A stretch of 63,211 nucleotides of DNA from a virus. Its lineage: Duplodnaviria > Caudoviricetes. The translations under genes and the position numbers were made by a program. This document shows positions 28,067 to 42,800 of the stretch, piece after piece. Where the stretch lies: positions 1-63,211 of IMG/VR virus record IMGVR_UViG_3300047554_000382; one strand, 5' to 3'. Position 1 is the stretch's first letter, and the number at the start of each line of letters is the position of its first letter. The notes under the pieces were generated by a model that saw only the letters and a list, made by a program, of their open reading frames with translations, was not told where the DNA came from and made no database searches.

Positions 28067-30162
28067 TACACAATCCTACCAGTAAAAATAATATAATTAA
28101 TTGTTAAGTAAGGGTTCATAACATTAATCGGAAGTCCGAGACTACTTGTTGTGTCGATTCCACCTGAATTAGATAGATACTGCCCTGTGGCAGCTCCTGA
28201 AGGACCGTTTCCACCGATAGCATCTGTATCTGCTGGTTCTCCCGGAACGTTTCTAAATGCATAATATTGATTTCCGGCATTGCCCTTTAAATCATGTGTA
28301 TGGTCAGGTAAATTATTAACTGCCACATCAACTTCTTCTTGACCGTTACCCAATCCTACCGTATCGGCTGTAACGTCAGTGACTCTGTCAGCTGATGAAG
28401 AAATTGTTGTTATTAAAGAACCATCTGCTATACTTGTAACAAACGTTCCCATGTTCATTGAATCTCTGCCTAGAGGGAATCGTCCTCTAAGATCAGGTAA
28501 GGCAAAAGTTGAAACACCTTGTAAAAGTCCAAGTGCTTTGTACGTATATTGAATAACTGCAAATAATTCTGGATAGTTTGCAATTAATTGTTCGCTTCCG
28601 TCACATAACAAATATCCATTTGGCACAGTTGTTCCAGCAAACGGAAAAATTGCTCCTGCTGGCACAGTGGCAACGTTGGCTAATAAGTTAGTTTTGTTAA
28701 TTCTTCTAAGGCCAGAACCAATACGATTAATAATAAATTCGTCTGTAGGATATGAATCAGTTACATTTGACTTATTACTAATAAAATCTGTACTCAGGAT
28801 AGTAGTAAATGTAGCTAGTCCGTCTACTTGCTGACCATTAAAGTCAACAGCATTACTAGCAACGTCTCCAGTTAACTGAAATCTAGTAGGACTAGTTAAT
28901 CTGCTTGCAGAACCTGTTACTGAACCAACTAGTTGTCCAGAAAATGTTCCAAAAAATGTATCGGCTGTGACTTGGTTAGCATAAACGTTTCTCCAAGATA
29001 ATTCCGAAGAACCTAAATCGTTAGTGCTGTCAACTTTAGGAAGTATAGTTCCAACTTCTAAGGATCCGCCAACTACTAAATTTTCTCCTACTTGAAGATT
29101 TTTTGTAACACTTGCACCGCCAGCAGTTTTAAAACTACCAGTGTTTAAGTCTGTAGCATTTGCAGTTCCTGTGATTGTCAACGACGTATCAGTATAAATT
29201 TGACCAACTACATCTAATGCTTGTGTTGGATTTGTTTTATTAATACCGATATTGGTTCCGGATACTGTTAATACATCTTTCGCCGTGCCGCCTTGATTTA
29301 CTCTAACAAAAATACTCGAACCTTCGGTCTTATTATAAATTACTGCCTCGCCCGCTGAGGTATTTGTAATCGATGTAGCGAGATCGGTTCCTAGGGTAAT
29401 TCCAGAATTACTACGAACATTTAATCCATAGTTTGTTGTGCTGGCTTTATCGCCTCTTAAAAAGTTTGAGGCTGCAACTGTTTCGCTACCTACTATTAGA
29501 GCGTCTGCTTTTTCTGCGACTCCCCATATTTTGTTAAGCACAGTTCCGTCACCGTCAAAATCTTTAGTAGAAATATTAATGCCCTGACGAATAACTTCAA
29601 AGCCTTCAATTGCCAGCTTTGGTGTAAAAGTATCCTTGCTTATAATTGCAACAATTTGATCTTGAACCACTAGTTCAATAATCGAATGAGCCGCATTAAG
29701 TGTATCGTAGACTTGTTCAACTTTAGGGCCTGACTGAGAACCTTCGCTAAACTGCGGACCTACTAAGATCCAGTTTGAACCAGACCACAGATATAACTGC
29801 TGATTTGCTGTGTCAGTCCATAGATCGCCCGTGACTGCTCGGCTTGCATCCGGTCTGCTCGGAGCTTTATGTACATTACCAGACGGTACCCATGCGTTAC
29901 CGTCCCAAATTTTTAATTGTGGTTGTGCTGGATCGCTGGTAACATTAGTGTCGTACCATAGCTGTCCAATTACTGGAGAGCTAGGTGCAGTTGCTCTAGC
30001 AAAATTTTCCAGTAAGTGTAAAAAATTCTCAGCTAGTGTTTTAGCGTAACCTGTGTAGTTCTTTCCAACAAAACTTAAACTAGTTTCATTGTTAATAGTC
30101 TGATCTTCTACAGTAATACTACCGTAGTTTGCTCTGTCGGTATGATCAATTTGATATGACAT
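28066..30162 (-). CDS. tail fibre protein with phage tail collar domain
   Basis: Shared N-terminal module; collar motif PAGAIFPFAG..PNGYLLCDG...LPDLRGRFPLG; C-terminal NPYLTINYII. Confidence 0.85.
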   Translation of the reverse strand: MSYQIDHTDRANYGSITVEDQTINNETSLSFVGKNYTGYAKTLAENFLHLLENFARATAPSSPVIGQLWYDTNVTSDPAQPQLKIWDGNAWVPSGNVHKAPSRPDASRAVTGDLWTDTANQQLYLWSGSNWILVGPQFSEGSQSGPKVEQVYDTLNAAHSIIELVVQDQIVAIISKDTFTPKLAIEGFEVIRQGINISTKDFDGDGTVLNKIWGVAEKADALIVGSETVAASNFLRGDKASTTNYGLNVRSNSGITLGTDLATSITNTSAGEAVIYNKTEGSSIFVRVNQGGTAKDVLTVSGTNIGINKTNPTQALDVVGQIYTDTSLTITGTANATDLNTGSFKTAGGASVTKNLQVGENLVVGGSLEVGTILPKVDSTNDLGSSELSWRNVYANQVTADTFFGTFSGQLVGSVTGSASRLTSPTRFQLTGDVASNAVDFNGQQVDGLATFTTILSTDFISNKSNVTDSYPTDEFIINRIGSGLRRINKTNLLANVATVPAGAIFPFAGTTVPNGYLLCDGSEQLIANYPELFAVIQYTYKALGLLQGVSTFALPDLRGRFPLGRDSMNMGTFVTSIADGSLITTISSSADRVTDVTADTVGLGNGQEEVDVAVNNLPDHTHDLKGNAGNQYYAFRNVPGEPADTDAIGGNGPSGAATGQYLSNSGGIDTTSSLGLPINVMNPYLTINYIIFTGRIV

Positions 30163-30773
30163 TAGGCTACCTCGCTAAGACCAGTTAAACTTTGAATACG
30201 TACAGTATAGTCAATTTGAATCAAACGATTTAAACTTTTTTGTACAGGATGGAAAATTACGTGTGTTAATAACTTACCAGTACCATTAGGGCTATAAGAT
30301 CTTAATCCCAACTCATCAAACACATAGTCAGATTTATTATTAGAAGTATTATCAAACGCCAATTGATCACTTGGTTCACCGTAGTCTAATAAGCAGGTTA
30401 CAAATACATCAGTATAATTTGTTCCAGTTACGTGTCTAGTCTCAATCTTGTTTCTAGTAGGATCTAAGTTAGTCACTGAACGATCGTCAACTACTTTAGA
30501 ATAAGTTTCAGAATACAAGCTAGCATTTGTGCCAGTGCTGTTTGGGGTTAAGTAGGTGATAATCCCGGTAGGATCTATAGTAGTTCCGCCGTTGCCAAAC
30601 GCCATTTCGTAGATAAATCCCTGTCCGGAATTAGCGATACTCTCTGCTAGAGCAACGCTCATATTTTCGTAATGAATGGCATTACGTTTATTAATCGCAA
30701 TTTCACCTGTTTCTGGGTACCATATTTTAATATGTCCCTCAACATGAATTCCTGAAAAGTCTTTACCTTGCAT
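30162..30773 (-). CDS. baseplate/tail-fibre attachment structural protein
   Basis: MAFGNGG, FDELGL, HVIFHPVQKSLNR; lies between the giant baseplate gene and the fibres. Confidence 0.6.
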   Translation of the reverse strand: MQGKDFSGIHVEGHIKIWYPETGEIAINKRNAIHYENMSVALAESIANSGQGFIYEMAFGNGGTTIDPTGIITYLTPNSTGTNASLYSETYSKVVDDRSVTNLDPTRNKIETRHVTGTNYTDVFVTCLLDYGEPSDQLAFDNTSNNKSDYVFDELGLRSYSPNGTGKLLTHVIFHPVQKSLNRLIQIDYTVRIQSLTGLSEVA

Positions 30774-30793
30774 ATTGATCTCTCTTTGTTCAG

Positions 30794-30826
30794 TATTTAT
30801 CCGTACTCATTAAGTGCTAGTTTAAT
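30794..30826 (-). promoter_or_regulatory. late promoter TAAATA with upstream ~18-bp motif
   Basis: Minus strand: ATTAAACTAGCA, 15 nt, TAAATA. Confidence 0.6.
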
Positions 30827-30833
30827 CGTCCGC

Positions 30834-33800
30834 TCACGGTATGTAATCTTCAACTACAGGAGCTGATTTTAAGAAGTTAGCTATTTGGTTATCCGAATCT
30901 ATCAGTCTTTCCTCAAATGGACTCCAAAGTTTTCCTATCTTTTTAATCACAACAATTTTAACGTTTTCGGGAACTATGTCTCTTAGCGTTAAAGTAGTTG
31001 TTCCAGTATTTACTGTAAACTCAGCTTCAAAAGTTGAGTCACCTTCTGGACTATAAGGATAACCGTTAGACTCTAAGAATAAACTGTAATCAGCTTTCTT
31101 TAATCTATAGCCGCCAACAAATACATCGACCTCGTTCTGACTGCTGAGTGTATAGTTAAGTGAGATAGTCTTGGTGCTTCCGTCGCTGATGAATGTTTCA
31201 ACTACGTGTTGATCTTGATAAGGAATAGTTTCTGTTACTCCGATATCTTGAACTACTGTTCCCGATGAGTGAACCACAGGAATACCAGTTCCTAGCGTTC
31301 CTCTTCTTAGTTGGCCTAATCTATTTCCATTCTTAGTAAAGAACTCAATACGCTCACCGTTTATTTCGATAATGCCGGGTAAGTTCTTGCTACGATTCGG
31401 ATTAGTAATCGTGTTAGGATTTTCAACTACAATTTCTATATCTGATTGAGTTAGATCAGTTAATAGGATGGTAGATTTGTTAGTGTGAATTCTCTTATAA
31501 TGAACACGATTTAACATGTCTTTAAACTGCATGAATCCAATCTTATCTTTTACGGAAGGGCTGGTAAACGCTAAAACTTGTATTACATCAGAATCTACAA
31601 GACTGTCAGATAGTTTAACTGTTAGTTTGTCAGAGTCTAAGAAATAGTCAACGCTGTGTGTTAACAGCTGACCGTTCTTTAATATCCACACTCTGTCATC
31701 TGATTCTACTACCTTTCTTAAGGCAAATTTACTGCCTCGCTTGTTAGTAAACGCAAAATAATCAGAAGTATCTGCTGTTAGTGTCACCGCAGGAATCATC
31801 TTATCTGTTGTTCTATCCAATCCTAAAATCGAATGATTATAGAAAGTAATAACTTCTATTTCAGTACCTTCTGGATAACTAGTGTTCAATTCAATAGTAC
31901 CGCTGTCAGTTATAGTGTAGTCGTTTTCAACATCGGCTACGATAGCCAATACTGCGCCTTCTACATATTTTATTCTAGAAATTTCAACGGTCATTATTGC
32001 TAAATCAAGGACATATTCGCGTCCAGGTAGTAGCTGTTCGCCGTTGATAAACAATCTAATGTTATTAGAATCTATACCATATTCTGCAAATTTATGCAAC
32101 GGTATGCTATAACTTAGATTATCATTTTCTAATGTATAGTACATAACTGTTGGCGGTCTTAAGAATGTTTGATCTACACGAACTAAGACATTTGTTTCGT
32201 ATGGTTTTAAATTCACGCCCGGTAACATCGCTGATGTTAGGTTTTCTAATTGATGTGTTAGTGTTGAGCCGTCAGCAATGATAGTCTGTGATTGTACGAT
32301 ACTTGAAGTTTCATAGATCGACGAGTCACCGTATTGTAGATCAATAATATAATTAATCACTGATCCTTCAGCTATTGGTTCACCAAATCTTATGCCGACT
32401 TGATTTGCTGTACCATAGCTAGCATCTGTTCTAAATAATTCGTAATCTATAACTTCGCCATTAACTAGTACAGTTGATGATATCGCATCTTCGATCCAAG
32501 TAGCCTTAGTTAGATATTCAACTGTGCTACCATCAGATACAAAATAATCTAAATCAAGTATTGTTTCAGCGTTAAAGCTAAAACTAATAATACTCACTAT
32601 AGATTTCTCAGCTGGTGCAACTTCAAAAATTATTTGGTTATTTTGCCAATCAATAGTATATGCTGTCTGTTCGATAAACTGATCGTCAACCTTAACCATT
32701 ACAGATCTAGCTGTTGGAAAATTTTGACCTATTGTAAATGCAAGGTCGCTTCCTGATGCTACATAATTTTTAAATAAGATCTTAGGAGCACCACCAGTTG
32801 GACTGTGGAAGACTTTAATTGCCACTGTATCAACTACTTGACCAGGAACTACTTCTTCAGGGGCATGGCTAGTCATTGGAGTAACAAATCCATCACCGTC
32901 AATGTTGATATCATCTGGTGCTAGTCCTGTTGCAGAACTATAGGTTAAATCTCCGCCGCTAATTTGAGAATCATATTCATCAGCACGTGGTAAGAAACTA
33001 CCATCACTCGTACTCTTACGGAATATAACTTTGTCGCCTTCGTTGATGTCTAAAGGATATTCGCTAGTAAGATTTGGTAGAGTAACTGTGGCCAGCACAC
33101 CATCACCGATTATTGTATTCATTACAATACCGTCGGCAGGAATCGTTCGTCCGTTAGGTTGAACTGTTACTCCGTCGTATAAATCAAAGTATGGATCATC
33201 AATTCTTCGTCCGTTCACATAAACGTTAATCTCTTCACCAACTGCTGGCACGTATGGTAATTCAAATGTATAACTGCTGTCGCCAACAGTTACGATATAA
33301 TCATCGAATGCCGCATCGAATCCGTCCCATGCATCTGAGAACCAAGGCAAAGCGTCCCAACCGCCACTAACTCCAAATCCGAGTCCTGTGATATTGACAC
33401 CGCCGTAATCAACTCCGGTCATTAACTGAGATAAATCTTTACCTAATCTGCCTGTTCCTGAGTTATAGTAGAAATTGATTCTGTCAGTAGCAGACAGATG
33501 ATTGAAATCTTTTTCATATGTAATTTCTACAGTTGCGCCGGCTGCTGGAGCAGTTGCTAGTGTAAGAGTACCTGAATAGCTAACAAATCCTTTTGACGTA
33601 GATTTTTTAGTTGCTAATGTGTAATCGTCTCGTAAAACTTCAACACCGTCGACAGTTACCAATGATGATCCTGTTTTAATATTAGGACTCCATTTTAAAG
33701 GCCACTGAAGTCTAGAACCAGTTCCAGTAAATGTTTCTGTATCAGTTAATTCAGTAAGAATATAGTTTTTAGAAATTCTGTCAAATTTAACTGAAATTTT

Positions 33801-36800
33801 GTTTGATCTGATTAAAGATTCCTCAATAACCGCTATAGCAGTTGCAGGAGTTCCGCCATCAACAAGCCCACCTGATATAGTAACTATAGGCGCTTTAAGA
33901 TATCCAGATCCCTGGCTAACTAATTCAATTCTGTTAACCTTTCCGTTAGATATAAATGCCTTAGCCGATGCGCCAGAGCCAAATCCCCCGGTTATTGTAA
34001 CAACTGGGGTTCCAATGTAGCCGGCTCCGCCGTCGACTATGTCAATTAATGTAACCTTAAATCCAACATTGTCTTGCCAATGTTTCCATGGGTAATTATC
34101 AATACCGGCATAATCAGTTACGATAGAGCCATCTTCTGCTACTTCAGATGATATAGTCGAAACAACTCTATCTGACGAAACTATTGGCATTAGATCAAAA
34201 TCAGTTACTGAACTAGAAGCATTATCTAATTTAGAATAAGAGCTTACGTATTCTCTAACTTTTGTTCTATAAGGTTTGACTTCGTTTACATACGATTCAA
34301 AATCTTCTAAGTTGTCATTGTTATAAGTCACTTTCTGTGTTAAGTTTCCAGCATTATGAGTTGCTTTAACAAAACTAGTTTTAAAGATCCAATCAACAAA
34401 TGTTTGCTCGTGTAATGCGTATCTTGCACTAGCAAAGAATAATTTTAGATATTCTGTTCTTAAATTATCAACTAAGATATAGTCTCTTATTGTTTCTAAA
34501 ATAATTCTTAATTCCACTGATGCTGAGTTGTCATAAGTGTCAGCATCAAATAATGGGCCATCGAAACCTAAAACATTATTTTTAAAACTGTATAATTTAT
34601 TTGAAAATTGTATTGTTCCGTTTTGACGACCTACTACTTTAAAACTCTGTGTATAGTCGATAGAAGCAACATCGGCATATTTTTCTAATAACAGCCAACC
34701 GCCAGTACCAACGTTTTTAACCTGTACTATATTTCCAATTTGAGAATTTAAAACCACTAGCTGATATGTGTTATCAACCACATGATCAATTTTTGTAAAC
34801 TGATTATAGCCAGTTGCATACCAATCCTGATATTGCCAGAACTTGGTCACATCATACGCTTGGCTTCTTGTCCTTGACCAAGTTCTTGTAGGTTTATCCC
34901 AAGAATAGATGCTCCACTTGTCAAAAGTTGAAGAATCGCTTTTTACTAGGACTGCAAACGGCCTAATAGATATCGTAGTATCCTGATCTCGATAACCTGT
35001 GCCTGCTTCTAAAATATCAACTCCAACAATTTGTCCTTGATCATTAATTACTGATTTGATCACAGCACTGCTTCCGGCTCCTGCAATCTTTAGATAAGGA
35101 GCATTAACATAACCGTAACCAGAATCAACAATGTTAATATCAACGATCTGTCCTTCTTCGACTACTGCCGTTAATCGAGCCTGTCGTAACTGTGCAGTAC
35201 CAATGAAGCGTAATTCAGCTTCAGTATCAATTGATACGTCCCATATACCAGATACTAGTGTTGGTTCAGGATCGAATCTATCTAAACTACTTAGATTAAA
35301 ATCATCAACTATTAAGTTTTCAGCTAAGACACTGTTTGTTCTTTCAATAAATTGCTTCACTGCTTCAATACGATTAACAAACATGCTCTGTCTTGGTCTG
35401 AATTCGACTCCGTATCTAAGTTTAATTGGTAGATTTAAATCAGGAACAGTCCTGTCATTTATATCCTTTCCTACTAAACTATCAAACCATTTTTGTTCAA
35501 TTTTTGTAGGAATCACAGTGTTAGGATGTTCGCTGATAACCTTCCATTGACTATGAGCATTAATTTCTTGATCATCTATTAACCAATACTGTACATTTAG
35601 TTTTGTATTTTTACCAACAACGAGATTAGTTAAATTTACAAGGCTGAATGAATTAGATCCAGTTAATGCCAAGCACGGATATCCATAGGCGATTGGATCT
35701 GCTATTAATGAAGCAAGATTAGATGCAGAATTAATTCTACCCGGAACAGATGGAATAGTTGTTTTATCTTTTACCCAGTAGTAATATGTGTTAGTAAATG
35801 TTCTGCTGACAGAATCATACTTTTTCTTAACACTATATACAGCATCTCCGTATTTGCTCTTACCAGTTATACCCTGAGCGATACCCTTATCTGTAGTCGA
35901 TAGTTTATCCCATTCTGATGGAAGATACTTAGTTTCGACCCACTCGTATAAATCAATACTTGCAGACTCATATAATCTGTTCCAAGTTGTTGAACGATAA
36001 ACCACAGACCCAGCTTGGTTTTCTAAGAATTTAGCTCTTGTTAGATCCCACCATAAAGACCCAACTTGATTTTTGGTCCAGTTCATTCCCTCGTCAACTG
36101 TGACTGCGTCCGTTCCAACACTGTAGGTTGCGGGATCAAAGAATGTCTTATATTTGATTTCTTGATCTGCTGGTCCAGGAATTTTGCCTTGGACTGGATC
36201 AACTATATCTAAGTAACTGATTAGTTCGTTAGTTATAGAATCATATATAAAGGCTTTTTTAATTTTTTTCAAGTTAGGCTTTTCGGTCTTTTCGTACAGG
36301 ACTGTCCAAGATTTTTCACCGATAGGCTTAGAATAAGAATAAACTATTCCAACATCGATGTCTTCTGAAACAGTTGAATCATCTCGTCTTGGTGCTCCAA
36401 CTAGGATGGTTCTATTGCTGACTGCTATAGAATTTCCGTAGTTTTCGTAGATAGTTGCATCAGTGTCTAAACTTTCACCATATACAAATGTATTGCTGTA
36501 TCTATCAAAGATATCAATTCGACCAGCATCGATTGCTTTATCAATTACAGCCAATGTTTCATTATCAAAAGATGTTGTTAAATCATCAAATGTAGTTCTT
36601 CTAAAAATATCGCCGTTGGCTGAAAATACCGCTAGGCCCTCGTCGTTATCTAAGAAAAATACACTAGCACCAAAGTTTTCATTAATTTCATTCTTCGGAC
36701 TATAGATAGTCTGTAATGCTGAATAAGTACCCGAGTAAGATTCAAATATCGATACCTTGCCCTGGTCTACTTTCTTAGAATCACTTAAAATACTGCCGAT

Positions 36801-39800
36801 AGCAAGATAGGATCCGCTGTCTGAAAGATCCACGCTTTCACCAAAACGTTCTTGACTATCGATCAAGATATTTTGTGATCCTAGTGTATCCACTAAATCA
36901 TATCCTTCGCCATTAAAGCTGTAAACAAAAACTTTTCCGGTATTTGTAATTCTTGATTCAGACAATATTACCCAGTCACTATAATTAATTGGGCCTGGTG
37001 TAGTTTCTTCTACAGCACATTGACGATAAGCACCGTAGGCATAAACTACTTGTCCTCCTGAGTAAACAATATTCTCTCTGAAGCGACCTTTGTAATTGTT
37101 ATACGATGTTTGATCTGCGCCTGGCGCAGAAATAACTAGTGTAGATCCGTTCGATGTTAAGTCGAAGTCATATCCGAAATAATCTCCAGCAAACACAGAT
37201 TCAACAGACTGCGATGCTGTTGGAGAATAAGAAACATCTGCATCAACTTCGCTGGTCACAATGTCGTGTGGGAAGTAACCTAGAATATTCTGGTCATACA
37301 ATAATTCCCAACAACTAGTGTTTTCTTCAAACGTGCCTTGAACTTCCGATACGCATCTATGTAGATCTTGATTATAAAATACAATGTCTCCCGGGTAATA
37401 ATACGAGCCGGCATCGAACATTCCGAGATAATTTCTATTATAATCCATATGCCATGCGATGCCACTGTCGTCAACAGTTGCCCCATATCTAAACATATAA
37501 ACTCGACCTTGGTTTGAATCAAAACCTGCACTTGAAACTGCTAATACATATTCACTATCGTTCTTAGCAAATTTCATTTTAGATCCAAACTTCTCGTTAG
37601 AGGCTGGTAGAGGACTTACAAAAGATTCTACTAGTTCGTAGGCTCCGGTAATTTGTCTTTGATATATTTCTACAAGGCCTTGACTTTCGTACGTGCTAGC
37701 TACTGCGGTTTCATCTGTATTAATTAACGAAACACTTTCCCAATCTTGAGTAAATCTGTTTACTGTTGATCCGTCACCGAGGATATCTTTTGTTGGTTTC
37801 CAGTGGGTGGTTCCAACTTTAACTATCGAGCCCGAAGGGTATGTACTAGTAGGTTCGTAAATACCTTCCCAGCGAGTTTTAACATAGGACGCAGTAGGCG
37901 ATGCTATTGCTAGCCACACACCGTCTTCAGACACTGCTGTTGAAGTTCCGTACTCATCACTTTCGATCGTAGCAACATCTTGCTCTGAGAAAATTGTCTG
38001 GGTCTCAATCCATTCGTCCTTGTCGGCTCCTCTAGTATAAACTAAAACTGAACTATTAGTTGATACTAAGGCAGTCTTTCCGTCTTTACTAACAGATACT
38101 GCCTTTCCAAAATTTAAATTTTCTGTAATATTAGAAGATGCTAATTGATTTCTAGTATAAACTGGTAAGTTTTGATAAACAGACCATTTACCTTGACCGT
38201 TGTCATCAACCCATACTAGTTCGTTAGGCTTAATTTCTCTAGGAAGGATGCTGTTTAACGAATCAATATGAGAGACCCTAGCCTCGTTAAATTTGTAAGT
38301 TAATATCTCTGAGCTATCGCTAAATGGTTCCCAGTTAGTGATTTTCTTTTTAATATTGATTGTTCTTAGTGTAATAGAATCAATTACGTGGAACCCTTTG
38401 ATTAATTCTGAATTCTCAATACCAATGATATCCCCAGCACGAAGCTCCGGAAGAGCACTACAAGTTAATGATAGTGTACCATTAGAATATTCAACGTCTT
38501 CAATCTTAAAATCTGTTTTAGTAAATCTATAAACATTCCAATCTCTGCCCTCGAATGCACACCAAACATAGTCGCCTTCAACAAAAGTTGAGATGTCATA
38601 GTTTGCCGCATCAGCTAATACATCAACATTCAATTTAACATTTTCATATTTGACATAGCCGGGAGTTCTTAAGAATTCTGTTGTATCTGTTACAGACCAT
38701 GGATTATTATTATAACCCACTGGTTTAATATAGATATCCGACGGACGCTGTCTATAAACAAAGTCTACTACATTAGGATCGATAGTTGATGTTAGTTCTA
38801 CAGGCTGAGGATTAATCTTAAATTGTGACTCATCTAAACTAAATTCTATTTCATTAAATGCATCCACTGATCCGTACTGGCCAACACGTACTGCCCACTC
38901 TTCATTAAATGTCAAACTTTCTTGATTGTCGGCACTTAGTACATCAAATAACTTGTTAAAGACGTTTTGTGTACCTTTTTCAATAATCATACCTTGATAA
39001 AATTTGTATTGGCTTACATCGTCTTTAACGATATTCTCAAGGTACTGTCTCTTTTGATATCCGATTAAGTGTTGAGCTAATCTTTGCTGTTCAGCATCAA
39101 AATTATCTGTATCTAGATCGTAGAAGTCAGTAAATTGTTCTGCTCTATAATCCCAGTTTGAATATAATGTTGGCACTGGTTTATCAGTTTGGATGATCCA
39201 GTCGTCACTGTTAAATTCGGCCGCGCCTGGAAGGAACTTAGACGCTGTATAATAAAACTCTTTGTATTTTACAATATCGCCGAGATTATAATCAGTCCAT
39301 GATGTCCAGTCAACTATCCTAGCTTGGTCAAAGATAAATCCTGGAATGTTAAAACCGCCAGACCAATCTTTAGACATGTAACCTAATACTTTTACTCTAT
39401 CTTGTCTGTATCCTGGCTCAACATCATAGATTGTGTCATTAAACAATGTTGTGTTGTCAAGCAATAATACATGTTCTTTCTGAATTAGATATAAAGTAGC
39501 TCCGTATATACCGTGATTACTGTTAGTTACAGATAGAGAGAAGGACCCTTGATCTCTAAACAAGTTTGTAAAGTCGGGCTCTAATTTTTGTCCGTCTACT
39601 CTAAAAATTTTGTATCCGTAAAACGTATCCAATATATTATCCACAACTTCATTGTTGAGGTTTGCTACTAGGGTGCTTGCGGCTGGGCTCAATGATAGAA
39701 CGGATCCTTCGGCCCAGTTTTGAGTCGTCCAGAATAAAAATTCTTTAATTGAAGTTTCCCAGTTGTTGACAGTTTTAGTATTAGTATTAAACTCATCAAA

Positions 39801-42800
39801 AACAAATCCTTGCTTTTCTAAATAAGTCCCGTACCCTTGTAAGAAATCAACAACCTCTTGAATCTTTTCAAATTTAGTGCCGTACCCAATGGTGATTTCT
39901 GTGTTTAGGTCCCACTGCTTTCTTAATTCTGCTTCTCTTCCGCCGATAACCGGTAGTTCGGGTAATCTAGTAAAGAGATCAGAATCAAATGTTGCGCCGC
40001 TCTGATGGCTTACTTTGACTCTAAAATATTGATTGTTAACGCTGACTACTTTGCCAACAACATAATATCTATCAGGCGTCCATTCAACAAACGTTTCAGA
40101 GATTCCTCCAATACGAATCGTTCTGCCTGTTAGAACCCAGGGGTAGTAAGTAAAGAACGGCTCATCAAGATTGTAGCCTCTAACTTCAAAGCCGTCGGCA
40201 AACTTTGTAATCATAACACCACTGTAAACTAATTTTCTAGTTGGCGATGATGTGTTTAAGAAAATATTATAGTTTTCTTCAGGTACAAATACTCCTCCAG
40301 AGCTTGTCGGAGATTTACTGTCGAGTAAAATTTTAAATTTTGCCTTAGATGTAAACCCACCTAGTTTAGAACCGATACGATTTGTTAAAGTAGCTAGTTC
40401 TTCTTTGTACTGGTCTATTAAAGCAGTTGTATCTGATGTTAAGTATTCAACTACGTAGTTGATCAATCCAGCAGTCTGGACTCTAGTGTCACTAAGTGCA
40501 GTCGACGGTACTGCTAAATCTTTAAGTTTTAATCTTAACCCAGTGTCACTATAAACTAGCTGATTGGTTAGATTCTTTACGATTCTACTTCTGTCAAGAC
40601 ATGTACCTAAAACCATATTTGGTTTTAATAACAATGCAGTTTGAATTAATGCAAATGGGTAATAGCTAGAACGTCTCCAAGCTGTTTCGACAGGTGCTTG
40701 GTCCCCGAACACATAATAGCCGCCTTCGGTGGGTCTAATATAACCGTTGACTGCATTTGCATATACTGGATCTAATAAATTTCCATCTTCATCAACAGGA
40801 ATCGATTTTTCTAAGATCGGTCTTATAAATTGTTCTAGAGTCCTGGCTGGCTTTCCTGGTTCTTTTAACAGCCCTTTAGAAAGATCTTCCCATAAAATTT
40901 TATTATCACTAGTGTACGGAGCAGGTCCGTAGACATCTTGCCACCACGACGGTTCAATACTTAGACCCAGGCATTCCCAAGGTCTTAAATGAGGTTGGTC
41001 AGTATCGAATAGCCACTTGTAGATGCCCCTCCAGTATGCAGGAACTGCGCTGCCATCATCTGCATAATTTCCTCTATAGTTAAAGGTAAACGGATTTAAT
41101 CTGTCATATCCTGTTTGTTTTGTAAAATCTTGATTGATCGTTGCGGTCCACTGATAGAAGAACCTTCCTAAAATTTGATCTGTTTCTTCTTTTGAAAAAT
41201 CTGTAGATCTATTATATCCAGTAATAAAATTAAAAATATCAAAAATATCTTTATTGTATTCTACTTTAATGTTATTAAAAATACGCTTCTCTAGATCAAG
41301 AATAAGGTCGTCTCTAAAGTCTCCAAATGCCACAGTTATGCTACCGTCGTGCCCTAGTATAACATTGGTCGGTTCCTGGTAACTAGTGTCTAGATAAATC
41401 GCAGGTTCAAACTTAGGATATAGGCCCAACTTAGTCGGTGTTGGTGGACAGAAAGATCCATCAGTAGATTTATATTCATATACTTCAATTAAGTCATCTA
41501 CTGTTAGGTCTGTTAAAATTTCAAAGAAGATATCGTCACCGAACACATAATCTTTACCATGTACAAGTTGTGTACCATTTAGGTAGACATTTATTGCCTT
41601 GTTAGACAACGATGCTAAAGTAAAGGAGTCGGATAACGGATATGTTTTAATTCTAGAATCTAATACAGTATATTCTAATCTGTCGTATCCAGTATATCCA
41701 AACATGTCCGAAAGATAGTAGGGTGTTGTTTTAGGTTTGTCTTTAGACATTTCTTTTAAAACAAAATCTACGTGTTCTTTTGTGTCAGCATCAATACCTA
41801 ATGACGCGGCAGTTACTAAGAACGCTCTCTTAAATTTACCGTAATCTTCTCTAGCTTTATCAAGTGCTTTAAACACATTAGATGTTTTAGATCCAAGATG
41901 ATATAAACTTAGATTTAATGAGCCGCTGTGTTGAACAAACTTAACACCGTAAGGAGTTACATTACCTAAATCTCGAAGATTTCCAGTTCCTGGAAAAACT
42001 CCATTAAAATCATTTAAATTATCAATAATACTATCAACATGATCAATTACTTGACCTAGAGTAAATTCTGTTAGATTATCGTTCAACGGATTATTTTGGA
42101 AATTAATAGGTAGCTCATAATGTCCGTTGTTATTTTTTTCCTGAGCAGTGTATAATTTTAAAGTAACTACATCTGTTGTTGCGGCTGGTGTAGCTAGCAC
42201 TACTTTCATCTTAGATGATGTAGTCACTATAGAATATTTAGATTTGTCTACTCTTAGGCCATTGATATAAACTTTAACTACTAGGTCTGTTAGATCTGTT
42301 ATATTATCAAAACAATCAATTACAAAATTATTTGTTGTTTCTGTTCCGTTAAAGATCCTAATAACTGGTTGATAATTTTCAACCAGTGAAGTTTTCCACC
42401 CGTTCTCATAGCTGAATACATTTAAATCACTAATTTTTCTAACATACCCAACGTCTGTGGTTTCACTTTTCACTAGAGTGATTTCTTTGTATTCAAATGT
42501 GTCGTTTAATAAATTAAACTCAAAAGTGATATCACCTATGTTATTGATATTTTTATAGGTTAAAGGAAATTTTAATTCGGTGTCGGCTGTTCCAGTTCCC
42601 CTCTTATAAGAAAATATTTTATTTCCTTTAAAAGTTGAGCTATCGTATGCAGTACTATCAGAGAAACTTAATTCGTCTGAATTAAAAAGATCAAAAAGAG
42701 GCTCTTGATTAACTTCAGTCTTAGTCTGTCCTAGTATCCAATCTGATCCATTATACCAGTACATCAACCCCTGGTTAATTAATCCTTGATTAATTAATAC

